Positions 18,498 through 28,695 are shown, counted from the stretch's first letter. The stretch: DNA of 59,547 nucleotides from an uncultured virus (IMG/VR IMGVR_UViG_3300014666_000034) (IMGVR_UViG_3300014666_000034:62001-121547), one strand, 5' to 3'. The notes: generated by a model from the sequence alone, not told the origin. Program-made: numbers and translations.

Positions 18498-19412
18498 ATG
18501 GGAGCAACAGCAGTAAGAAAATTAGCAAAGAGTATCGACAGTATGATTAAGGCGGGTGATAGCAGCCTAGTGATTTATGACAGAATCGGTTTTGATAAGG
18601 AGTTTCCTAATATCTTCGTATGCGTAGGTAAGGTAGATATTAGAACATTAAAAAACACCAGATTCCAGCGGAAGATTGATCCTGTAAGAGTTGAAAATAT
18701 CAAGAAAAATCCATCTATGGTGAGGCTAGATCCTATTACTATAGCTGTTGATGACGATGGAGATAGGACGACCTGTGATGGCAATCATAGAACTAATGGT
18801 GGATTGGCTGGTTTAGTAGAGGGATATTGGGAAGATCCGTTTGTTCCATGCAAGGTACTGTATAATGCTACAGATGCACAGTTATCATATTTATTTGCCA
18901 CACAGGACGAAAATAAGAAGGCAATAGACAACCTTTCACAGTTAAAGGCGTTAATTCTTGCAGAAGGTGAAAATCGGGCGCAGTGGGCAGTTGATATGAA
19001 CAGAATCGTTGAAGAGGAAGGTCTTACCTTTGGATTCGGTGAAAATAGAAATAATAACGTAGGTAAAATTGTGGCGATCACTGCTATAAGAAAGGCCTAC
19101 GTGGACACATTAAACGAACATGATTTCAGAAGAATTTTACATATTATTTGCGAGAGTTTCGATAACGGTACAAGGAAGAATGCTTGTACTGGAAAAATTA
19201 TTGAAGGACTGTCTACATTCTACGCAGAATTTAGTGACGAAATTGATGATAAAGTCCTCATTAAGAAGTTAAAGAAATATTCTCCCGATATGCTCATCGA
19301 GGAATTTAAGACATATAATACAAAGTTAGATGCAAAACGTCAATATCTCAAACCCCTTGTGGATATTTATAATAAAGGAAAATCAAGGGCGGATAGACTG
19401 GACTATATGTAA
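18498..19412 (+). CDS. ParB/Srx-fold (DGxHR) protein
   Basis: FQR.ID..RV..I...DPITI...CDGNHR. Confidence 0.7.
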   Translation: MGATAVRKLAKSIDSMIKAGDSSLVIYDRIGFDKEFPNIFVCVGKVDIRTLKNTRFQRKIDPVRVENIKKNPSMVRLDPITIAVDDDGDRTTCDGNHRTNGGLAGLVEGYWEDPFVPCKVLYNATDAQLSYLFATQDENKKAIDNLSQLKALILAEGENRAQWAVDMNRIVEEEGLTFGFGENRNNNVGKIVAITAIRKAYVDTLNEHDFRRILHIICESFDNGTRKNACTGKIIEGLSTFYAEFSDEIDDKVLIKKLKKYSPDMLIEEFKTYNTKLDAKRQYLKPLVDIYNKGKSRADRLDYM

Positions 19413-19435
19413 ATAAGACATTCTAAAAGGAGAAT

Positions 19436-20077
19436 ATGAAGATGAGAAATTCAAGAAGTGATAGATTCAAAAATAATAAGGAAATTTCTACATATAACGA
19501 TAAGAAGTTTAGGGATTTTAAGAAAATCAACAGTGAAAACATTATTGAAATTCCGGTGGATAAAATTAAGCTACTATCTCAAGTACATATCGATGGTCTT
19601 CGCAGAAATGATATGTCAAGACATATTGATTATTACAAAACCAACGGTTTGAGTATTGGTGGCGTAGTGATTGTACAGCCAGACGAAGATGGTTCTGGAA
19701 ATTACAATCTGATTACAGGTTGGAGGGCGTATGTAATCGCCGACGGAATTGGACAAGATACTATTAAGGCTATAGTCGTAAATTGTAGTAGAAAAGAACT
19801 TAAGAAAATGCTTGGTTGCGTAGTTCCGTATAATTTTGTAAGTACCGATGAATTGAAAGTACCAGAAGCATTCGCAAAAAGTACTGTATTTGCTGGAAAA
19901 CTGGATACCATTAAGGAATATGATGAAAAATATCATCAACCTTTTAAACCTATCATTATTGATGTTGATAACAATATCATCGATGGATACGCTCAGTACG
20001 TGTATAACAAGGCGTCCGGTATAAAGATGAGTCAAGTGCTACGAACCCAGGGACGGTTGAAAAACGTTGCTGCTTAG
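19436..20077 (+). CDS. Tandem ParB-like domain protein
   Basis: LITGWRAY and PIIID...IIDGYAQY repeats. Confidence 0.55.
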   Translation: MKMRNSRSDRFKNNKEISTYNDKKFRDFKKINSENIIEIPVDKIKLLSQVHIDGLRRNDMSRHIDYYKTNGLSIGGVVIVQPDEDGSGNYNLITGWRAYVIADGIGQDTIKAIVVNCSRKELKKMLGCVVPYNFVSTDELKVPEAFAKSTVFAGKLDTIKEYDEKYHQPFKPIIIDVDNNIIDGYAQYVYNKASGIKMSQVLRTQGRLKNVAA

Positions 20078-20150
20078 GGAAGTGATTCCACATAACGGGC
20101 ATATATGGACATGCTCTATATATGCCTTATCTTTTTTGGAGGAAAGCCAA

Positions 20151-20375
20151 ATGGGCATATGTATGTTGTGTAAAGTTATAATGATCTCTGGTACAAACTA
20201 CGATGGTAATAATCGTAGAAGATATGATGAGTGTCCGAAGTGTCATGACAGGATTTATAACAAGAGTAAGAATTTTCAGGAAATATTACATAAAGAAATA
20301 GAGAATCAAAAAGATAACGTACCGTCAAAGTTTGGACGCCGAGCCGGTACGTCATCTTGTTCAGCAACCAGATAA
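20151..20375 (+). CDS. Small zinc-ribbon protein
   Basis: RBS GGAGG; CMLC...CPKC. Confidence 0.6.
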   Translation: MGICMLCKVIMISGTNYDGNNRRRYDECPKCHDRIYNKSKNFQEILHKEIENQKDNVPSKFGRRAGTSSCSATR

Positions 20376-20468
20376 TAACGAGATTACCAGGCGCATTTTT
20401 ATTATATGCGTATTTCTGGCACAAATCAAGTGTTTATCTTAAATTTATTTTCAATAGGTAGGTGCATA

Positions 20469-21092
20469 ATGGAAGACTTCGAAAAGGAGCAAATAGAAAG
20501 AGAATATTTATTTGATGATATGCGAAAATTGAATAAAATTTGCAAATTTCTTATATTAAGAAAAAACGTTCCACAAATGTATGAAGATGATTTATATAGT
20601 ATTGCCAGAATTACATTTGTCGAAAGTTTGAAAACGTTTGATTCCTCTAAAAAGTGCAAATTCCAAACCTATTTTATTGGAAACGTTTGGAGGGCCTTTT
20701 ATGATTGGACAAGGGATAATACTCGCTGGAAGAGGTGTAATCTACAGATTGATAAAGATGGAAAAATTGCACGAGATGAGAAAAACAATCCAATTATTAT
20801 TCCAGACATATCTATTGATGCACCTACGGAAGATGGAATTGACTTGTCTGAACGAGTGGCCTCTGATTTTAGCATTGAGGAAGAACTATCAGAAGAATTT
20901 GGATATTCAAATGATGATAAGATTCAGAAATATTTTAGTAAACTTTCAAAGATGCAGAGACAAATAGTTGTGTATCTTTCGGAGGGTTACGATTCAGGTG
21001 AGATCCAAGACTTATTACATATTGATAATAAAAGGTATCTGGATAATATAAAGGCAATTCGATCATATGAAAACATCAAGGTTTTAATGTAA
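20469..21092 (+). CDS. Phage sigma-70-family RNA polymerase sigma factor
   Basis: Region 2 DDLYS....ESL.TFD....FQTY; SIDAP; region 4 LSKMQRQIV....GY...EI. Confidence 0.8.
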   Translation: MEDFEKEQIEREYLFDDMRKLNKICKFLILRKNVPQMYEDDLYSIARITFVESLKTFDSSKKCKFQTYFIGNVWRAFYDWTRDNTRWKRCNLQIDKDGKIARDEKNNPIIIPDISIDAPTEDGIDLSERVASDFSIEEELSEEFGYSNDDKIQKYFSKLSKMQRQIVVYLSEGYDSGEIQDLLHIDNKRYLDNIKAIRSYENIKVLM

Positions 21093-21110
21093 AAATAGGA
21101 GGAAATAATC

Positions 21111-22547
21111 GTGGCAAAGAAAATCAGAAAGCAAACTTTGGCTCTAAAGTCATATTTGGATAAAGTAAACGAAGAAGATATTAGTGACAGTCAAGATGTT
21201 CAGAGAAAGTTCTGCTGGGATAAGAGTGCGATCAATGAGTTGATCGTTACAGTTCTGACGGACGATTATATTCCTCCTATTATTTTGGGTGAAGAAGAAT
21301 TAGGTGATGGGATCGTACAACAATATATCGTTGACGGTATGCAAAGAAGTTCATCTTTAATTTGGTTTCGATATGGTAACTATGAAATAACCTCTGCAAT
21401 AGAGGATAGTATAATCGAATACCAGGAAAAAAAGATTGAAGACGGAAAAGTTTGCAAAGACGACGAGGAGAACGTGATCTGGGAATCTAAGAAATTTGAT
21501 ATCAAGAAAAAGACTTTTGCTGAATTACCAAAGGTTTTGCAGAAAAAATTTGATGATTATCAGATTGAGATAGCTATTCATCAGGATTGCACAATGGAAC
21601 AGATTTCCAAACTAGTGAGACGCTACAATAATCATAAGGCTATGAACGCTGTCCAGAAAGCCTTTACATACATAGACAATTATGCCAGAAAGATTCGTAA
21701 CATCGTTGAGTTAGATTTTTTTAAAGATTGTGGGAATTACCCAGAGGTAGAAAAGCCAAAGGGAACCTATGAACGTATTGCTATGGAAAGTGTAATGTTG
21801 ATGTTTCATTTAGATAAGTGGAAAAAGACACCTAAAGATATCGGTAAATTTTTAAACGAGAATTCTTCTGATGAGGAGTTTGATACACTGAAAAATTTGT
21901 TAAATCGCTTAGAGAGCATCACAGGTGATAAGTTCCGTGACATTTTTAATATTAAGGACTCGTTCATTTGGTTTACGCATTTCTATAGATCTACTCAATT
22001 AGGAGTAGATGATAGTGGGTTTGCGGATTTTTTAGCTGAGTTTCAAGCTAACTTACATAATAAAACCTTTGTCGAATATGATAATAAATCATTTGATACG
22101 ATTGATGACGGTAAGGGTACAAAGGATAAGAAGGTAATTATTCAGAAGTTGGACATGCTTGAAAAGCTTATGATAGAATTTTTACATTTTGATATTGAAA
22201 TAGAAGATGAGAATGTAGAGGAGGATAACGAGCCAATGACCGATTCAGAATTTATCAATAAAAATGTTGGTATAGATATAGATTCAGTATATGAGAATAT
22301 GGATTTATATATCGATTCTCTTGATGATCTGTTGGACAACACGGTGAAAGATGGTTCAAAATTGTTAGAGCCAGAGAATCGGCAATCTTTGTTGGCAATG
22401 GTAGCCTATTCTTATAAAGAGGACAAGGATTTAGACGAATGGCTGACAGAGTATGCCAGTAGCAATAATACATATATCAAAGATCAAAAAAAGAATTTTG
22501 TACATATGGTTACAGATTTAAATAATTATATTCAGGTGAATGTGTAG
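21111..22547 (+). CDS. DUF262/ParB-Srx-fold protein
   Basis: VQRKFCW...ELI.TV....IPPIIL...IVDGMQR...RYNN. Confidence 0.75.
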   Translation: MAKKIRKQTLALKSYLDKVNEEDISDSQDVQRKFCWDKSAINELIVTVLTDDYIPPIILGEEELGDGIVQQYIVDGMQRSSSLIWFRYGNYEITSAIEDSIIEYQEKKIEDGKVCKDDEENVIWESKKFDIKKKTFAELPKVLQKKFDDYQIEIAIHQDCTMEQISKLVRRYNNHKAMNAVQKAFTYIDNYARKIRNIVELDFFKDCGNYPEVEKPKGTYERIAMESVMLMFHLDKWKKTPKDIGKFLNENSSDEEFDTLKNLLNRLESITGDKFRDIFNIKDSFIWFTHFYRSTQLGVDDSGFADFLAEFQANLHNKTFVEYDNKSFDTIDDGKGTKDKKVIIQKLDMLEKLMIEFLHFDIEIEDENVEEDNEPMTDSEFINKNVGIDIDSVYENMDLYIDSLDDLLDNTVKDGSKLLEPENRQSLLAMVAYSYKEDKDLDEWLTEYASSNNTYIKDQKKNFVHMVTDLNNYIQVNV

Positions 22548-22554
22548 GTAGAGA

Positions 22555-22752
22555 TTGGAAGATAAAGAAGATTTAGATAAAGAAATAAACATGGTTCTAG
22601 TAACCTTGATATTAGTAGCTTATATGGATATTGATATGTTGATAAATGAAGCGTCTATTTATTATCAAATTTTGGCGATGATTTTAAATATTCCAGGATT
22701 TATATATGCGAAAAAATTGATTCGGAAGTTGGAGGATAGGGTTAAAAAGTGA
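22555..22752 (+). CDS. Small membrane protein
   Basis: Two hydrophobic segments. Confidence 0.5.
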   Translation: MEDKEDLDKEINMVLVTLILVAYMDIDMLINEASIYYQILAMILNIPGFIYAKKLIRKLEDRVKK

Positions 22753-23423
22753 AAGGTAAAGTAAAATGGTTCGGTAAGAGTTATGGCTTTATTACAGATC
22801 CAGATGGAAATGATGTTTTCGTACATCATAAGCAAATTAAAATGGACGGTTTCAGATTCCTACGAGAAGGAGACATTGTTTCCTTTGAACTTGGAAAGAA
22901 GCCAGGGAATAGCCGCATTCAAGCTATAAATGTAGAGCCTGTAATTACACTGTCAATGGTGGAATTGGCTTTGGGCGAGACTATTGCAGACGCATATGGC
23001 AATAGAATTTATTATAAAAAGATGAGTCTTGAACAATTGGCTGCAAGGGCAGGAATTAAAGTTGATAAAACAGGAGGATACAAGATGAGTAAAGCATATT
23101 TAGTTGGTCATAGTTGGGGTTGCACAAATGATGATATTACCATTGGAATATTTTTGGATAAGGATAAAGCTGAAAAGTATGTGGACGAAAATAACATTCC
23201 GTATGAAAAGGCTGAAAAGCAACAGAAGATGTGTAGAGAATGTAGGAAGTGTGACGATTACGATAGACCTGAAGATGTGTTCTCTTTAGCTGATGAATGT
23301 CAGTTTGCTAAAATTGGAGTTGATCGGCATGGCAAGTATTGTGAGAATGATAAACATGGTGAATACAGTGGAATGAGTGAGGTTGATTATTATTACATGT
23401 CAGAACTGGACTTATTGGATTAG
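22749..23423 (+). CDS. Cold-shock domain protein fused in frame to a Cys-containing domain (internal start 23085)
   Basis: KGKVKWF..SYGFI....DVFVH...GFR.L.EG..VSF; internal RBS AGGAGG before ATG 23085. Confidence 0.85.
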   Translation: MKGKVKWFGKSYGFITDPDGNDVFVHHKQIKMDGFRFLREGDIVSFELGKKPGNSRIQAINVEPVITLSMVELALGETIADAYGNRIYYKKMSLEQLAARAGIKVDKTGGYKMSKAYLVGHSWGCTNDDITIGIFLDKDKAEKYVDENNIPYEKAEKQQKMCRECRKCDDYDRPEDVFSLADECQFAKIGVDRHGKYCENDKHGEYSGMSEVDYYYMSELDLLD

Positions 23424-23445
23424 ATATGAAAAAGGAGAAAACAAA

Positions 23446-23859
23446 ATGAATTTAATAGGACAAGCAATACAAACAGCCAGAAAATATTATGATGAAAATA
23501 CATTTTACCATGCTATGAGGGTAGCAGCTTATGTGGCTGATGATAATCTAATACCAGACTCAGTTAAAGATGATTGTATTATTTTAGCAATTATGCACGA
23601 CCTTTTAGAAGACACAGATTACGAAACATTTGGATGCTCTTTTATGAGTGATCATTTAGAAGAATGTTTAAGATTAATTACTAGAACTAAGGGCGTGGAC
23701 TATGACATCTATTTGCAAGATATCAAAATAAATTACGCAACCCACCCAGAAACCTATTGGGTAAAACTTGCTGATATGAAAGACCATTTGAGTCTTACGG
23801 ACACCCTCACGGATAAATTAAAAAATAAATATTTAAGTGGATTGCGGTATTTGTTATAG
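23446..23859 (+). CDS. HD-domain small alarmone hydrolase-like (RelA/SpoT HD, Mesh1-like)
   Basis: HAMRVA, HDLLEDT, LITR, VKLADMKD. Confidence 0.75.
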   Translation: MNLIGQAIQTARKYYDENTFYHAMRVAAYVADDNLIPDSVKDDCIILAIMHDLLEDTDYETFGCSFMSDHLEECLRLITRTKGVDYDIYLQDIKINYATHPETYWVKLADMKDHLSLTDTLTDKLKNKYLSGLRYLL

Positions 23860-23891
23860 TTTAATAATTTTAATTCATAGGAGATACTAAT

Positions 23892-24188
23892 ATGAAAGTA
23901 TATATGTGCGGTCACGTAAAATTAAACACAGATGAAAAACAAAATTATATTCAACTAATAAGTGATATGTGTGAAAACATAAAAACAAATGATTCATTAT
24001 ATGAAAAGTTTCGTATACACGCAATGAGAGAAATACGGAACTGGAATGGAGTGCCAAATAAAATATTAACTATAGCTAAAAGAAGCGATGATAATAAATG
24101 GTGTTTGTTGGTTTTTGATCATGAGCCAGTGAATAAGGTTTTTGCTGTTAAAGTAAATGAAGATGGAAGATTTTATATTGATATTTGA
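23892..24188 (+). CDS. Hypothetical protein
   Basis: RBS AGGAG. Confidence 0.65.
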   Translation: MKVYMCGHVKLNTDEKQNYIQLISDMCENIKTNDSLYEKFRIHAMREIRNWNGVPNKILTIAKRSDDNKWCLLVFDHEPVNKVFAVKVNEDGRFYIDI

Positions 24189-24229
24189 CCGATAAAAACG
24201 GAATTTCAATGGAGAAAGGAGATTAAAAT

Positions 24230-24478
24230 ATGATGGCATGTTTGTTGATATTAACTACATCGATATGTGGAATTGGTGTCTTAGGTGGAGTACTTCCACT
24301 TGGAATAGTATTTATTTTATCTTTAGTTGGATGTCTATATTGTTTTATCACGTTGATAAGTTTAAAGCTAAGCGAACTTGGAATAGCACTTCTTGTAAGT
24401 AACGGTATCTTTCTTACATATACAAGCTTCTATCTATTTTTAGGAATAGATTTACTTGTGAAAATTGGGTTAAAATGA
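24230..24478 (+). CDS. Small multi-TM membrane protein
   Basis: Almost wholly hydrophobic; bounded by motifs 24193 and 24471. Confidence 0.7.
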   Translation: MMACLLILTTSICGIGVLGGVLPLGIVFILSLVGCLYCFITLISLKLSELGIALLVSNGIFLTYTSFYLFLGIDLLVKIGLK

Positions 24479-24509
24479 ACCTTTCAACGAGATGATGGGA
24501 GAAAAAATA

Positions 24510-24803
24510 ATGGGATATTATGATGATGATAAAGTAGAGAAGAAAATTGTAAAAATCAAAGTTGAATTCGAGGCAACGCCTATCAGACATTTAGCACTAC
24601 AATGTCCAGATTGTAAAGATTGGTTTTATGGAGCTGATATTTACGAAGAATGGTGCAGTTACAAATCTGATATATTCTGGAATGAATGTAAGTGTCCAAA
24701 ATGTGGCAGTCGATTTAAAGTTTCTGAGGATAGCAACCTCGATAGCGCAAACTTTCCGGAATTTTATAAAGAATGCTTACAGAAAAAAGAGGTGTGGGAA
24801 TAA
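24510..24803 (+). CDS. Zinc-ribbon protein
   Basis: CPDC...CPKC. Confidence 0.7.
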   Translation: MGYYDDDKVEKKIVKIKVEFEATPIRHLALQCPDCKDWFYGADIYEEWCSYKSDIFWNECKCPKCGSRFKVSEDSNLDSANFPEFYKECLQKKEVWE

Positions 24804-24834
24804 TAAAATGGTTCTTCTATTGGAGGAAATAAGA

Positions 24835-24993
24835 ATGGATATGAGCGATTGGATTTGTGATCATTTCAAATATATGGAAGTCAAACGTTATCCAGAAGCA
24901 GATGTTAATATTTACGTATGCGAGAGAACTGGAAAGAAGTTTGATGAATTTCATAGCCCGTGTAATAACTGTAAATATGACACATCAAAATAA
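24835..24993 (+). CDS. Small Cys-rich protein
   Basis: RBS GGAGG; stop inside motif 24991. Confidence 0.55.
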   Translation: MDMSDWICDHFKYMEVKRYPEADVNIYVCERTGKKFDEFHSPCNNCKYDTSK

Positions 24994-25240
24994 AATAAAT
25001 TTTTCATCGTGAAAGGATATGTGTAATGGAGGGATATTGTCAGCAATGTATCTGTACAGATAGACAAAAGTCGCATAAAGAGTTTAAGAATTATGAAATT
25101 ATGATTTATTGTACTAGCAAAAAATGTGATGTTAATTGCTATGGTAAACAAGCGTGTTTCGCAGAAAATAATAATTGGCAACATTTGAACGATTAAAGAG
25201 GGATTTCAAAGCCGAAAACGGCAGAAAGAAAGAGGTTAAT

Positions 25241-25678
25241 ATGAATTTTGTTGAAGAGATTATTAAGAATACAAAGGAAAATGAATTAAGGGTATATCTT
25301 GAAAAGATATCAAAGGCATCATTGGAAGGTAGAACAGATTGTTTCTTGACTTGTAGTGAAGGATTAATGACAAAAGACACGATGAAGAAAATCGTTAATG
25401 AGTATGGGTTTGATTTGATCATTACATATCATGACATCATCACAACTTTTGTGAAATGTTATTTCGGAGACATTGCCAGTGGGAAAATTACTATTGAACA
25501 TTCCGGTGAAAATGAAAGTGGCATTGATATAGACGACTTCTATGGAGATCCAGAGAAGTACAGATGGAATAATAATATTCCTAAATCTATACATGTCGCA
25601 AAAGAAGATCCGGATTTACCAGAAGCACCACCAATTCAGATGGTTACTGAAACATTTTCTGGAATTTCAGTTGAATAG
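25241..25678 (+). CDS. Hypothetical protein
   Basis: RBS GAGGT; bounded by motifs 25193 and 25680. Confidence 0.7.
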   Translation: MNFVEEIIKNTKENELRVYLEKISKASLEGRTDCFLTCSEGLMTKDTMKKIVNEYGFDLIITYHDIITTFVKCYFGDIASGKITIEHSGENESGIDIDDFYGDPEKYRWNNNIPKSIHVAKEDPDLPEAPPIQMVTETFSGISVE

Positions 25679-25874
25679 ATGAATTCAAAATTTGAAAGGA
25701 GAAACATAATGATATGGGATATTTGCAAGACGCCAGGGATCGTGAAAGTCATTCCAGCAATTTTATGGCACAAAGAGAAGAAACTGTTGGAATTTGGCTG
25801 GTTGAAATGGTCATACGTAATTAAGCTAAAGTAAGTTGAAAGGTTGTTTTTATTGGTGAAAAAGAAAGGAGATT

Positions 25875-26234
25875 ATGGATAAAATAAATCCTATTAAGGA
25901 AGATGATTTTTATAAGGAATATGACGGACACGATGAATACAGATTAATCATTGATGTAGTTGATACAGATGAATGTTGCAATATTGATCCGATTGGGTTG
26001 TGTACTCCCGAAGACTGTATGTCATGTAAAAATGCCAGGATTAAGTTGATTAGGACTGATGGTGTTAATATGCGTGAAGATGCAGAATTGAATATTGGTT
26101 ATGAACAAAAGAAGCACCGAAAATATGACAAATATAAGAGCAATCCAATCTATTACTTAGAAGAAATGTTTGGGGTTAAATTTAGTTCATGGCAGAAAAA
26201 ATTGGTTCTGAAATTTTTAAAGTTGAAAGATTAA
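25875..26234 (+). CDS. Hypothetical protein
   Basis: RBS AAGGAG; bounded by motifs 25837 and 26224. Confidence 0.7.
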   Translation: MDKINPIKEDDFYKEYDGHDEYRLIIDVVDTDECCNIDPIGLCTPEDCMSCKNARIKLIRTDGVNMREDAELNIGYEQKKHRKYDKYKSNPIYYLEEMFGVKFSSWQKKLVLKFLKLKD

Positions 26235-26261
26235 TTTCGTGGGAGAAAAGAAGGGAGAATA

Positions 26262-26465
26262 ATGATTTATATAGCTTATGATGATGGGGCCTTGCCATGT
26301 TTGTTTGTAAACGCAAAAAACAAAAAAGAAGCTAAAGATAAGGCCTTGGGGTATTATAAAAATATGGTAACTGATGTGCCGAAAAAGGATATACATGTTA
26401 TTAAACCATCGGATCTATTTACAGAAGATGTAGATGATGTTGTAGAGTTATCTGTACAATTCTGA
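26262..26465 (+). CDS. Hypothetical protein
   Basis: RBS GGGAG. Confidence 0.65.
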   Translation: MIYIAYDDGALPCLFVNAKNKKEAKDKALGYYKNMVTDVPKKDIHVIKPSDLFTEDVDDVVELSVQF

Positions 26466-26496
26466 ACATAATCATTAAGAAAAGAGGTGAATTATT

Positions 26497-26793
26497 ATAT
26501 CAACACTAAGAGAAGAAGTTTATGAAAAACTACATCCTTTATTAGAAGAGCTGGTTGATTTGGCTTGTAGTCAAATTGAATCTATTGAAAACGAAAATAA
26601 TTCGGATGAATCTACTGCTTTTGATATAGATATGGTTCTTAATCAGCTTGACGATTATGGAAAATACAAAGGCATTTTAAAACTTGACAATGATAGTTGT
26701 GAGAATTACATTCCTGTATCAGCCGCAAAGCAGATTGTAAAAGGTAGAGGACTTGGAGGTGTACTGGGATACTTGGAAGAGAGAAAGGAGTAA
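26497..26793 (+). CDS. Hypothetical protein (probable ATA start)
   Basis: RBS GAGGTG 7 nt before in-frame ATA. Confidence 0.6.
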   Translation: MSTLREEVYEKLHPLLEELVDLACSQIESIENENNSDESTAFDIDMVLNQLDDYGKYKGILKLDNDSCENYIPVSAAKQIVKGRGLGGVLGYLEERKE

Positions 26794-26794
26794 T

Positions 26795-26983
26795 ATGCGA
26801 ATATTAGGAATTATGTTTTGTTCCATGTTTCTATTAATGTTCATATTTGGGAAAATCAAATGGAATGGCAGAAGTGATATTACTATTATACAAAGAGCAG
26901 TTACTTGTCTGATATGCAGTGGCGTTGTTTCGTTGATTTTAGGTCTGCCAGTGCTTGGATTAGTTTATCTGATTGTGCACTAA
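26795..26983 (+). CDS. Small two-TM membrane protein
   Basis: RBS AAGGAG. Confidence 0.65.
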   Translation: MRILGIMFCSMFLLMFIFGKIKWNGRSDITIIQRAVTCLICSGVVSLILGLPVLGLVYLIVH

Positions 26984-27055
26984 GCGATGAATCATGTCTT
27001 TCAACTGCTTTTGGAGGTGATATAAATAAAACGAAACAGAGAATCACAATGTAGG

Positions 27056-27388
27056 ATGAATATTATTAGCTCCCAGAAGTTAAATAAAACGAAACAGAAG
27101 AGGCTAGATGACGTGGTTAATAAATATGGGAACCTCACCTACTATGATTTATATGACGCTATTGTAAAGCTGAATTATAAACATTTAGAACAACTTATTT
27201 CTTCTATTATAGATTACGAAATGGAATCGGTGGTGGGATCGTGTGGAGATATTAATAATCTTCCGGGAGAATTATTTCAAAAAAGAGAATTATTCGATAG
27301 ACCATATTATTTAGGTATTGATTTTTCACAAGGAACCGATGCGATTGGAGAAATAACATATAAGGGAAATAAACTAAAAGGAGAATAA
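27056..27388 (+). CDS. Hypothetical protein
   Basis: 110-aa ORF; 5' end contains an 18-bp duplication. Confidence 0.6.
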   Translation: MNIISSQKLNKTKQKRLDDVVNKYGNLTYYDLYDAIVKLNYKHLEQLISSIIDYEMESVVGSCGDINNLPGELFQKRELFDRPYYLGIDFSQGTDAIGEITYKGNKLKGE

Positions 27389-27392
27389 AAAC

Positions 27393-27662
27393 ATGAGTAA
27401 CAGATGGAAAGAATTACAGGGAAAAGAAGTAAAAGATAAGGTGACAGGATTTACTGGAATTTGCACCGGACAGACCAGATGGTTATATGGCTGCGATCAG
27501 TATTGTGTTACACCTAAAATTGACAAAGATGGTAAAAGTGCAGATATGCAGTGGTTTGATGATGGACGAATCGAAATTATTGGAAACGGCATTAAACTTG
27601 AAGAAGTCAAAGTGGAAAAGAACGGCGGATGCAATGATCACCCGTCTAACAGTAGAAGATAA
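27393..27662 (+). CDS. Hypothetical phage protein
   Basis: G.EVKDKVTGFTGI......LYGC...WFD..R; RBS AAGGAG. Confidence 0.7.
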   Translation: MSNRWKELQGKEVKDKVTGFTGICTGQTRWLYGCDQYCVTPKIDKDGKSADMQWFDDGRIEIIGNGIKLEEVKVEKNGGCNDHPSNSRR

Positions 27663-27676
27663 GGAGAATACATAAA

Positions 27677-27937
27677 ATGAAGCCATTAGTATATTTTGAT
27701 TTTGAAGAATATGACAATGATAAGAATTTGGTGTTAGTTGAAAAGAAAAGGCTACAAGAAATTTTGGAAGAAGTCTACAATGCTGGCTTTGCAGATGGTA
27801 ATAATGGGAGCCAGACTGTAACCACTACACCGTATGTATATAGAGGAGATCAGTTCTATTGTACTGATGGACTTGAAACCGGTAGACCTGTGCCTAAAAG
27901 CGGTGTGACTATTACATGTGAGGAGGTGACAAGATAG
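27677..27937 (+). CDS. Hypothetical protein
   Basis: RBS AAGGAG. Confidence 0.7.
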   Translation: MKPLVYFDFEEYDNDKNLVLVEKKRLQEILEEVYNAGFADGNNGSQTVTTTPYVYRGDQFYCTDGLETGRPVPKSGVTITCEEVTR

Positions 27938-28695
27938 AAAAGGTAATAGATAAAGAAATAGTGAATAATAAAGGTACTTTGATGAGAATTATTCAGGTGA
28001 ATTCATTATCCGACATTGTTGTAGAATTTCAAGATAAGTATAATTTTAGGAAAAGAACAACATATTCAAATTTCAAACGGGGACAGGTCAAAAATCCATA
28101 TGATATCACAGTTTATGGAGTAGGCGCAGTCGGAGAAGGAAAATATAAAACTTGGGAAAGGGGACACATAACGACAGCGTACAGTATATGGGCAGATATG
28201 TTAAGAAGATGTTATTCGGAGAAGATAAAAGACAAGCAGCTTGCATATTTCGGAATTGTTACGGTTTGCGATGAGTGGAAGATATATCAAGATTTTGCAG
28301 AATGGTATGAAAAAAATAAATATTTTGTAAACGAAAGATTGCACTTAGACAAAGATATTCTATGTCCCGGTAACACCATCTATAGTCCTGAAACTTGTTT
28401 ACTCGTACCTCAAAAAATCAATGAACAGTTCCACTACACGCCCAAAGATAATGGAATACCGACGGGTGTAAGCTTAACAAATACAGGGACGTACTCGGCA
28501 ACCTGTAACGGAAAATATATTGGTACATATCGAACATTAGAAAAGGCATATGCAATTTACGCTGTAGAAAAAGAAAGAGTTGTTAAGGAAATAGCCGATG
28601 AGTATATTGATATAATTCCGAATAAGGTTTATACGGCTCTATATGATTATAAGTTCTTATTAGAAAATGACAAGAATTATAGGAAATCAGCGTAG
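27934..28695 (+). CDS. Free-standing HNH-like homing endonuclease (probable ATA start)
   Basis: W..MLRRCY...VCDEW..YQ.FA.W...LDKDIL..GN.IYSP..C..VP..IN; paralog of 45076-45846. Confidence 0.7.
   Translation: MEKVIDKEIVNNKGTLMRIIQVNSLSDIVVEFQDKYNFRKRTTYSNFKRGQVKNPYDITVYGVGAVGEGKYKTWERGHITTAYSIWADMLRRCYSEKIKDKQLAYFGIVTVCDEWKIYQDFAEWYEKNKYFVNERLHLDKDILCPGNTIYSPETCLLVPQKINEQFHYTPKDNGIPTGVSLTNTGTYSATCNGKYIGTYRTLEKAYAIYAVEKERVVKEIADEYIDIIPNKVYTALYDYKFLLENDKNYRKSA

Larger units (their letters stand above)
24193..27003. repeat. Array 2 of TRAAA-N6-TTTYA junction motifs
   Basis: Copies at 24193, 24471, 24804, 24991, 25193, 25680, 25837, 26224, 26988. Confidence 0.8.
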
